Positions 1-6,631 of a stretch of 64,000 nt of DNA are shown here, in pieces; position 1 is the stretch's first letter, and every line of letters begins with the position of its first letter. Made by a program: the position numbers and the translations under genes. Source of the stretch: Phycisphaeraceae bacterium (GTDB lineage Bacteria; Planctomycetota; Phycisphaerae; Phycisphaerales; Phycisphaeraceae); NCBI GenBank assembly GCA_046540025.1, contig JBKHFW010000010.1, positions 2,845 through 66,844 on the forward strand. Reading direction: 5' to 3'. Below the pieces are notes generated by a model. The model saw only the letters and a list, made by a program, of their open reading frames with translations, was not told where the DNA came from and made no database searches.

Positions 1-2
1 CG

Positions 3-653
3 GTGACGCGGACGGATGAGCCGGGCATCCGCATCGTGGTCGAGGACGAAGGGGCGGGGTTCGACCCCGAGGCGGCCGCGTCCGACACGAGCGGGGGCGG
101 GTTCGGGCTGTTCAGCCTGGGCGAGCGGCTCGAGGCGCTGCACGGCTCGATGGAGCTCGAGAGCTCGCCGGGCGAGGGGACGCGGGTGACGGTGCTCGCG
201 CCGCTGAATGAGGCCGAGCCGCCGACCGAGCCCGAGCAGGTGGCGCCGCCGGGCCCGCAGGCGCCGGCTCCGGAGCAGGGCGAGCACATTCGCGTGGTGC
301 TCGCCGACGACCATCAGGTGCTGCGTGAAGGGCTGTCGAACCTGCTGGCCAAGCAGCAGGACATCGAGGTGGTCGGCGAGGCGGCGGACGGGGCGGCGGC
401 GCTGAGCCTCGCCCGCCAGCTTCGGCCGGACGTCGTGGTGATGGACGTCGCCATGCCGGGCATGGGCGGCATCGAAGCGACCCGCCGGCTCAAGCGGGAG
501 ATGCCCGAGGTGCGGGTCGTGGCGCTTTCGTTCCACGAGGAGCCGGAGATCGCCCGGCAGATGCGCGACGCGGGGGCGGAGGAATACCTCACCAAGGGCG
601 GCCCCGCCGACGAACTCATCTCCGCCATCCGCATGGTCCACGAGGTGGGGTAG
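3..653 (+). CDS. hybrid sensor histidine kinase, 3' part (HATPase_c domain followed by a receiver domain); the 5' end lies outside the window
   Basis: G-box-like motifs are present (DEGAGFD, GGFGLFSLGERLE). They are followed by a CheY-like receiver (VVLADDHQVLREG...DVVVMDVAMPGMGG...LTKG). Confidence 0.8.
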   Translation: MTRTDEPGIRIVVEDEGAGFDPEAAASDTSGGGFGLFSLGERLEALHGSMELESSPGEGTRVTVLAPLNEAEPPTEPEQVAPPGPQAPAPEQGEHIRVVLADDHQVLREGLSNLLAKQQDIEVVGEAADGAAALSLARQLRPDVVVMDVAMPGMGGIEATRRLKREMPEVRVVALSFHEEPEIARQMRDAGAEEYLTKGGPADELISAIRMVHEVG

Positions 654-756
654 GTCGGTCGCGAAACCGCCCGCTCGCGTCCATCAGCAGAAGCGGTACG
701 ATGGGCCGCATGGGGCCGCGGGGCGAGTCACATCCGGAATCCGAGGAGCGTGTGAC

Positions 757-1875
757 GTGAAACAGGTGCGTGTGGGCGTGGTGGGCTGCGGCAACATCAG
801 CAGCCAGTATTTCCGGTTCGCCAGGCAGTTTCCGATTCTGGACATCGCCGCGTGCGCCGACCTCGACCCCGCGCGGGCGAAGGCGCAGGCGGCGGAGTTC
901 GGCGTCCCCCGCGCGGGCGGCGTGGCGGACCTGCTCGCCGACGAATCGATCGAGATCATCCTCAACCTCACCATCCCCGCCGCCCACGTCGAGGTGGGCC
1001 TCGCCGCGCTCGACGCGGGCAAGCACGTCTACAGCGAAAAGCCGCTCGCCGCCAGCGTGGCGGAAGGGCGGAAGCTGCTCGAGGCGGCCGAGGCGAAGTC
1101 GCTCCGCGTCGGCTGCGCGCCGGACACCTTCCTCGGCACGGCCCAGCAGACCTGCCGCAAGCTCATCGACGAAGGCGCCATCGGCCGGCCCCTCGCCGCG
1201 ACCGCGTTCATGCTCTGCCCGGGCCACGAAAGCTGGCACCCGGACCCGGCGTTCTACTACCAGCCCGGCGGCGGGCCGATGTTCGACATGGGGCCGTACT
1301 ACCTCACCGCCCTGATCAACCTGCTCGGCCCCGCCCGGCGGGTGACCGGCCTCACCGGCGTGCTCAACCGCGAACGTGAGGTCGGCAGCGGCCCGAAGGC
1401 GGGCGAAAAGATCGAGGTGAACACCGCCGACCACGTCGCGGGGCATCTGGAGTTCGAGAGCGGCGCGATCGCCACGCTGGTGACCAGCTTCGCCACCCGC
1501 TTCGCGACGTATGACGGAGCGCACCCGATCGCCATCTACGGCAGCGAGGGCACGCTGCAGGTGCCCGACCCGAACCGGTTCGACGGCACGGTCCGGCTCC
1601 GCCGGGTGTGCGACGCCGACTGGCAGGAGGTTAAGGCGGAGCACACCCACCCCAACGGCCGCAGCCTGGGCCTCGCCGACCTGGCCCATGCGGTTCAGGC
1701 GGCTCGCCCGCACCGCGCGTCGGCTGAGCTGGCGTTCGCCGTGCTGGGCGCGATGGAGGGTTTTCAGCGGTCGAGCGACGAGGGCCGGCACGTGGCGCTG
1801 GAGATGGAGCACGCTCGGCCGGCGATGCTGCCGGTGGGGCTCAGGGATGGGTGGATTGGGGAGTCGGGGGCGTGA
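757..1875 (+). CDS. Gfo/Idh/MocA family NAD(P)-dependent oxidoreductase
   Basis: The start is GTG, with GAGGAG 8 nt upstream. An N-terminal Rossmann motif VGVVGCGNIS and the EKP motif (YSEKPLA) are present. Confidence 0.85.
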   Translation: MKQVRVGVVGCGNISSQYFRFARQFPILDIAACADLDPARAKAQAAEFGVPRAGGVADLLADESIEIILNLTIPAAHVEVGLAALDAGKHVYSEKPLAASVAEGRKLLEAAEAKSLRVGCAPDTFLGTAQQTCRKLIDEGAIGRPLAATAFMLCPGHESWHPDPAFYYQPGGGPMFDMGPYYLTALINLLGPARRVTGLTGVLNREREVGSGPKAGEKIEVNTADHVAGHLEFESGAIATLVTSFATRFATYDGAHPIAIYGSEGTLQVPDPNRFDGTVRLRRVCDADWQEVKAEHTHPNGRSLGLADLAHAVQAARPHRASAELAFAVLGAMEGFQRSSDEGRHVALEMEHARPAMLPVGLRDGWIGESGA

Positions 1876-1920
1876 CGGAGCGAGGCAGGAGCCACCTCAG
1901 GCGGTTTCGCTTCGCGCACG

Positions 1921-1950
1921 AAAAAAGCCGCAGGCCTTTCGGCCTGCGGC
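1921..1950 (-). terminator. intrinsic terminator of tRNA-Glu
   Basis: On the minus strand, GCCGCAGGCC-GAAA-GGCCTGCGGC is followed by TTTTTT, immediately 3' of the tRNA. Confidence 0.7.
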
Positions 1951-1957
1951 TGGTAAG

Positions 1958-2032
1958 CGTCCCCGACGGGATTCGAACCCGTGTTTTCAGGATGAAAACC
2001 TGATGTCCTGGGCCTGGCTAGACGACGGGGAC
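1958..2032 (-). tRNA. tRNA-Glu (anticodon UUC), no encoded CCA
   Basis: A manual cloverleaf folds: acceptor GTCCCCG/CGGGGAC, anticodon stem TCAGG/CCTGA, loop TTTTCAT and T-loop GGTTCGAATCC. The sequence is nearly collinear with E. coli tRNA-Glu. Confidence 0.93.
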
Positions 2033-2060
2033 ACTCGGCGGTCTCGCCCAGGAGCGGGGT

Positions 2061-2088
2061 ATTGTAGCGATTGACGGGGAGGAGGCAA
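2061..2088 (-). promoter_or_regulatory. candidate sigma70-type promoter for tRNA-Glu
   Basis: On the minus strand there is TTGCCT, a 16-nt spacer, then TACAAT. The -10 lies about 28 nt upstream of the mature 5' end. Confidence 0.4.
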
Positions 2089-2140
2089 ATCGGCCTTCAG
2101 CGCGGCGCCACGCGGCCTCGGCCACAGGCTCCGCCCCGGC

Positions 2141-2542
2141 TCAGTCGTAGCGGAACACGCCCTTGCGCCACGCGTAGATGAAGGCGATCACCGTGGTGAG
2201 CACGAAGAACAGCATCCTCGCCAGGAACAGCGCGCTCAGGCCGGCTTCGCTCGCGGCGAGGCGGGGGAAGGTCGTCGCCCAGGGGTAGAGGAAGACGATC
2301 TCCACGTCGAAGAGCAGGAAGGTCATGGCCACCACGTAGAAGCGGACGTTGAACCGCCGCCTGGCCGAGCCGATCGGGTTCATGCCCGACTCGTACACCG
2401 TGCCTTTGACCGGCCCCTTCCGCTGGGGGCCGAGGATGCTGGTCACGATAAGGTTGCCGAAACCGAAGGCCAGCGCCATCAGCAGCAGCACGCCCAGCGG
2501 GGCGTAATGGGTGAAATCGGCATAGGCGAGGGTGGTGACCAT
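2141..2542 (-). CDS. nuoA: NADH-quinone oxidoreductase subunit A
   Basis: The protein is 133 aa with three TM segments. NuoA/NdhC motifs YESGMNP and [15 protein letters not shown] are present. Confidence 0.85.
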   Translation of the reverse strand: MVTTLAYADFTHYAPLGVLLLMALAFGFGNLIVTSILGPQRKGPVKGTVYESGMNPIGSARRRFNVRFYVVAMTFLLFDVEIVFLYPWATTFPRLAASEAGLSALFLARMLFFVLTTVIAFIYAWRKGVFRYD

Positions 2543-2549
2543 GTGGGGT

Positions 2550-2555
2550 AGTTTA
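2550..2555 (-). promoter_or_regulatory. -10-like hexamer TAAACT placed 7 nt upstream of the nuoA ATG
   Basis: The minus strand reads TAAACT-ACCCCAC-ATG. No SD sequence is present. Confidence 0.35.
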
Positions 2556-2627
2556 CCGCTGTGCGGCTGGCGAGCAAGGCCCGGCGGGACGGGTTCGGAC
2601 CGGGCTGGGCAGGCCGGGCCGGGCGGT

Positions 2628-2633
2628 TACAAT
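2628..2633 (+). promoter_or_regulatory. -10 hexamer TACAAT placed 7 nt upstream of the conserved thyA ATG
   Basis: The sequence is TACAAT-GACCGCC-ATG(2641). No SD is present. Confidence 0.4.
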
Positions 2634-2640
2634 GACCGCC

Positions 2641-3435
2641 ATGCGGCAGTACCTCGATCTGATGCGGCACATTCTGGAAAACGGCACCCCCAAGGACGAC
2701 CGCACGGGCACGGGGACGCTCTCCGTCTTCGGCCACCAGATGCGGTTCGACCTCGGCGAGGGCTTTCCCCTGCTGACGACCAAAAAGCTCCACCTGCGCT
2801 CGATCATCCACGAGCTGCTCTGGTTCCTGCGCGGCGAGAGCCACATCGGCTACCTCAAGGAGCACGGCGTGCGCATCTGGGACGCGTGGGCCGACGAAAA
2901 CGGCGAGCTCGGCCCCGTCTACGGCGTGCAGTGGCGTAGCTGGCCCAAACCGGGCGGCGGGAAGGTGGACCAGATCAGCGAGGTGGTCGAGCAGATCCGC
3001 ACGAACCCGGACTCCCGCCGACTGATCGTCTGCGCGTGGAACGTGGGCCAGCTCGACCAGATGGCGCTGCCGCCCTGCCACCTGCTGTTCCAGTTTTACG
3101 TCGCCGAGGGGAAGCTGAGCTGCCAGATGTACCAGCGATCGGCCGACCTGTTCCTGGGCGTGCCGTTCAACATCGCCAGTTACGCACTGCTGACGATGAT
3201 GGTGGCGCAGGTGACCGGGCTCGAGCCGGGCGAGTTCGTGCACACCTTCGGCGACGTGCACCTGTACGCGAACCACCTCGAGCAGGCCCGCACGCAGCTC
3301 GCCCGCGAGCCGAGGCCGCGGCCGACGATGCGGCTGAACCCGGCGGTGAAAAGCATCTTCGAGTTCACCTACGATGATTTCACGCTGGAGAACTACGACC
3401 CGCACCCGCACATCAAGGCGCCGGTGGCGGTGTGA
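2641..3435 (+). CDS. thyA: thymidylate synthase
   Basis: The product is 264 aa and starts [12 protein letters not shown]. ThyA motifs are present (DRTGTGT, the active-site PCH in [29 protein letters not shown]). An alternative in-frame ATG lies at 2632. Confidence 0.93.
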   Translation: MRQYLDLMRHILENGTPKDDRTGTGTLSVFGHQMRFDLGEGFPLLTTKKLHLRSIIHELLWFLRGESHIGYLKEHGVRIWDAWADENGELGPVYGVQWRSWPKPGGGKVDQISEVVEQIRTNPDSRRLIVCAWNVGQLDQMALPPCHLLFQFYVAEGKLSCQMYQRSADLFLGVPFNIASYALLTMMVAQVTGLEPGEFVHTFGDVHLYANHLEQARTQLAREPRPRPTMRLNPAVKSIFEFTYDDFTLENYDPHPHIKAPVAV

Positions 3436-3498
3436 TTGTCAGGGGCTAGAGGCCAGGCCGCGGCCGGGGGGCATTGCCGCCCAGCAGAGAGGGGACCG

Positions 3499-4005
3499 AT
3501 GACGGAGCAGCAGGAGATTGTGATCGTCGTCGCCATGGCGGAGAACCGGGTGATCGGCCGGGCGGGCGACCTGCCCTGGCACCTGCCGGCGGACCTGCGG
3601 CGGTTCAAGCAGGTCACCCGCGGCCACGCCGTGGTGATGGGTCGACGGACGTTCGAGTCGATCGGCAAGCCGCTGCCCGGTCGGCGGAACCTCGTGCTCA
3701 CCCGCGACCGCGACTGGCAGGCCGAGGGGGCCGAGGTGGTGCACAGCCTGGACGAGGCGGTGGCGAAGGTGGCGGGCGACCGGCTGGACGTGCTGGGCGG
3801 GTCGGAGGTGTACCGTCAGGCGCTGCCGATGGCGACGCGGATCGAGATGACCCTGGTTCACGCCGAGCCGGAGGGCGACACGCATTTTCCGGAGTTCGAC
3901 AAGCAGGGCTGGCGGCTGACCCACCGGGCCGAGCACCCCGCGGACGGGGAGAACGCGTATGCGATGAGTTTTCTGACGTGGGTGCGTGAGCTGGACGAAA
4001 GCTGA
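3499..4005 (+). CDS. folA: dihydrofolate reductase
   Basis: The product is 168 aa from the ATG at 3499, preceded by GAGAGGGGA. DHFR motifs are present (IGRAGDLPWHLPADLRRFK, MGRRTFESIG). Confidence 0.9.
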   Translation: MTEQQEIVIVVAMAENRVIGRAGDLPWHLPADLRRFKQVTRGHAVVMGRRTFESIGKPLPGRRNLVLTRDRDWQAEGAEVVHSLDEAVAKVAGDRLDVLGGSEVYRQALPMATRIEMTLVHAEPEGDTHFPEFDKQGWRLTHRAEHPADGENAYAMSFLTWVRELDES

Positions 4006-4051
4006 CGCGCGGCCGACTGGCTGGCCCGCGGGGGCGGGCGGTCCGACCGGC

Positions 4052-4057
4052 TATAAT
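4052..4057 (+). promoter_or_regulatory. TATAAT box 16 nt upstream of tRNA-Val
   Basis: A perfect -10 consensus sits in GC-rich DNA. I see no clear -35. Confidence 0.35.
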
Positions 4058-4073
4058 GCGTGCTTTGTGCACT

Positions 4074-4147
4074 GGACCCGTAGCTCAACTGGCCAGAGCG
4101 TGGCGTTTACACCGCCAAGGTCGCCGGTTCGAATCCGGCCGGGTCCA
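4074..4147 (+). tRNA. tRNA-Val (anticodon UAC)
   Basis: The cloverleaf folds: acceptor GGACCCG/CGGGTCC, D stem GCTC/GAGC, anticodon stem TGGCG/CGCCA, loop TTTACAC and T arm GCCGG-TTCGAAT-CCGGC. Confidence 0.93.
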
Positions 4148-4298
4148 CTTTTTCCTTTCCATGCGTCCGCGAGCGTCGGGGGCTGGCGCTACGTAGACCG
4201 CCGCGGGGGCGGGTTTATAGGTAGCGCCAGGCCGGCTGAGGTTGAGGCGGACACGGCCGGGGGTGACGACCATCAACGGAAGGGAACAGGCGCACGAG

Positions 4299-4470
4299 GT
4301 GATGGACGAGCACCTGGACTGGACCATCGTCTGCCCGGGCGGGCAGACCTCGCGCGACAACCTCGCCTCGGCGCTGGTGGCGTGCCTGGATGAGCCGGGC
4401 ACGATCGGCAAGGACTTTGCGCTGCTCGAGGGGGACACGCCGCTGGCAGAGGCGCTGCGGGGCGTGAGAG
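4299..4470 (+). pseudogene. 3' remnant of an NAD(P)H-binding atypical SDR (NmrA/YwnB-like) gene
   Basis: Only a C-terminal-like stretch is recognisable: LDWTIVCPGG...SRDNLASALVACLDEPGTIGKDFALLEGDTPLAEAL. There is no Rossmann N-terminus, and the rest of ORF 4242..4664 is Arg-rich. Confidence 0.45.
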
Positions 4471-4544
4471 GGCAACGTCTGGTTGCCGGGGGAGATCCGC
4501 GGCGGCGCTGCGCTTGCCGCGGCTTGGGAGCGATGGCTGAGAGC

Positions 4545-4592
4545 GAAAAGGCAAAACGGGCGACGCGGGTTGGCCGCGCCGCCCGTTTTTTG
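4545..4592. terminator. bidirectional intrinsic terminator
   Basis: The stem pairs ACGGGCG.CGCGG with CCGCG.CGCCCGT. It is flanked by an A-run upstream and TTTTTT downstream. It sits 20 nt beyond the stop of the minus-strand gene ending at 4612. Confidence 0.7.
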
Positions 4593-4611
4593 CTGGTGGT
4601 GAGTTTTTGCG

Positions 4612-6042
4612 TCAGTCGGCGGCCTGCACCACGGCGAGCCACATGCCTTCGCCCGGTGCGGTGAGGGTGAGGTTTTCGTCGTCGGCCGAGGCGGGGTCGG
4701 TCCAGGTGCCGTCGTCGAGATTGCCCCAGCGGACGGTCTTCGCCGCATCCGAGCCGGTTTCCAGCACGACCTCGCCGCCGGCGGGGAAGAAGACGCTCCA
4801 GCTTTCGCCGGGGACGACGCTGGCGTAGGCCTCATTGTTCTCGCGCCGGCCGAGCAGTTGGTACTTTGAGTCGGGCTGGGCGCGGAAGACGTCGTGATGC
4901 TGCTGCCATTGGCGGGCCATCTCGATCTGGCGGATGGCGGGTTCGCTGAGGCCCGGGCCGGCGTCGGGGCGGTGGAAGCGGGAGCTGGCGAAGCCGGCGT
5001 GGAGGTTGCGCCAGAAGTTGGAGAGGGCGTTGTGGGTGGTTCGGCCTTCCCAGCGGTTGGCCCAGTGGGGGCTGCCGTAGATCTTCGTGCTGTTGATCGG
5101 GCGGGGGTTGTCGGCGATCTGGTTCCAGATGATCTGGGCGTTGTCCCAGTTGTCCTGGCCGACCTGCTGGTTGTTCTGGGAGAGGTCGATGTAGTCGTAG
5201 CGCTCGGGGTGGGCGACGGTGCGCTGGTGCATCTTGTGGAAGACGCGCCACTCGTCCCACATTTCGGTGATCTCGATGGGCCTGCCGGCCGCCTCGGACC
5301 TGTCGCGGATGAACTGGGCCCAGTAGGTCGGCCAGGCCTCGGGGCCGTTGGTTTCGTTGTCGATGCAGTAGAGCACGTGGTCGTACTTGAGGCTGTGTTC
5401 GAGCATCTTCTCGACGAAGGCCTCCTGGACCTGGCGGACGACCGGGATGTCCTTCATCGTCGGGGGCGTGAAGAAGAACGGCTGGAGGTTGGTATTGGGG
5501 TGGGCGGGGTATTCGGGCTCGAAGCCGGACTCTTCGTAGGTGTAGTTGACGTTGTTCGCCGGGTTGTAGGGGTCGCTCTGCCACTGGTCCCGGCTGTGGT
5601 CGAAGCGGTCCCACACCTCGATCTGGACGAAGATGTTCCGCTTCGCCGTCTCGCGGAGCATGGTTTCGAAGCGGTCCCAGTAGGCGGGGTTGGGCTGGGC
5701 GAGGTCGTACTTGCCGGGCTCGACTTGCACGAACGCGCGGAGGTCGCCCTCGTCGCGGTCGGACATCGTGTTGCGGATCACGTTGCCGCCGGCGGCCTGG
5801 AGCTTGTCGAGCTGGGGGATGAGCTTTTCTTCGGGCCACTGGAAGAGGTTGTCGTCATCGCTCGCGCCGAGCAGGAGGACGGTCTGCCCCTGGTATTGCC
5901 AGTAGCGCGGGTTTTCGGCGGAGGGTTGGATGCGGTCCTGCTCGTACGAGCCGGAGGCGGCGTCAGGCGTGGCGGCGCAGCCGATCTGGAGCGTGAGGGC
6001 GAGGATCGCGGCGAGGCACAGGGATAGCGTGACAGACGACAT
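4612..6042 (-). CDS. lipoprotein, putative clan GH-A (TIM-barrel) glycoside hydrolase
   Basis: The ATG at 6042 has AGGAG upstream. There is a lipoprotein signal, MSSVTLSLCLAAILALTLQIGC. An internal CIDNETNG motif resembles the clan GH-A NE acid/base. The family is not identified. The track ORF extension to 6237 overlaps the response regulator gene and is rejected. Confidence 0.65.
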   Translation of the reverse strand: MSSVTLSLCLAAILALTLQIGCAATPDAASGSYEQDRIQPSAENPRYWQYQGQTVLLLGASDDDNLFQWPEEKLIPQLDKLQAAGGNVIRNTMSDRDEGDLRAFVQVEPGKYDLAQPNPAYWDRFETMLRETAKRNIFVQIEVWDRFDHSRDQWQSDPYNPANNVNYTYEESGFEPEYPAHPNTNLQPFFFTPPTMKDIPVVRQVQEAFVEKMLEHSLKYDHVLYCIDNETNGPEAWPTYWAQFIRDRSEAAGRPIEITEMWDEWRVFHKMHQRTVAHPERYDYIDLSQNNQQVGQDNWDNAQIIWNQIADNPRPINSTKIYGSPHWANRWEGRTTHNALSNFWRNLHAGFASSRFHRPDAGPGLSEPAIRQIEMARQWQQHHDVFRAQPDSKYQLLGRRENNEAYASVVPGESWSVFFPAGGEVVLETGSDAAKTVRWGNLDDGTWTDPASADDENLTLTAPGEGMWLAVVQAAD

Positions 6043-6127
6043 GGCAGGCTCCTGATGAAAACAGGTGACAATCGGGTTGCCAGTATCGTCTGCCGCGCGG
6101 CAGAGGGCAAGCGCTGAGGGCCGGGGG

Positions 6128-6631
6128 TCAGGCGGCGGGCTCCTGGTCGCCCGGGGAGGAGGCGTGGTCTTCGTGGTCGTCTCGGCTGGGCAGTTCGACG
6201 ATCTCGAACCAGTACTTGCCGAACACCTTGAGCGCATCGACGAGGCCGTCGAACTCGACCGGCTTGCTGATGAACGACGCCACCCCGAGGTCGTAGGAGC
6301 GGAGGATGTCCTCCTCGGCGCGGGAGGTGGTGAGCACGACGATGGGGATGCTGCGGAGGTCGGGGTCGGCCTTGATTTCGCTGAGCGCCTCGCGGCCGTC
6401 CTTTCGCGGCATGTTCAGGTCGAGCAGGATCAGTCCCGGGCGGGGGGCGTCCCCGGGGTCGGTGTATCGGCCCTCGTGCCTGAGGTAGTCCATGAGTTCC
6501 TGGCCGTCCTCGACGAAGCGCAGGTCGTTGGCGAGGCGGTTGTCTTCGAGCGCGGCCTTGGTCATCAGGCGGTCGTCGGGGTCGTCCTCGGCCATCAGGA
6601 GGGTGATGGGTTTGCGGTGGTGGCTACTCAT
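6128..6631 (-). CDS. single-domain response regulator (Rcp1/CheY-like receiver)
   Basis: Receiver motifs are present (LLMAEDDPDD, LILLDLNMPRKDG, SKPV). There is no output domain. Confidence 0.9.
   Translation of the reverse strand: MSSHHRKPITLLMAEDDPDDRLMTKAALEDNRLANDLRFVEDGQELMDYLRHEGRYTDPGDAPRPGLILLDLNMPRKDGREALSEIKADPDLRSIPIVVLTTSRAEEDILRSYDLGVASFISKPVEFDGLVDALKVFGKYWFEIVELPSRDDHEDHASSPGDQEPAA

Noticed and set aside
6043-6237. An N-terminal extension of the GH-A-like lipoprotein ORF (track 4612..6237).
   Set aside because: The extension overlaps the 3' end of the receiver gene and is Pro/Arg-rich. ATG 6042 has an AGGAG SD and yields a canonical lipoprotein signal.
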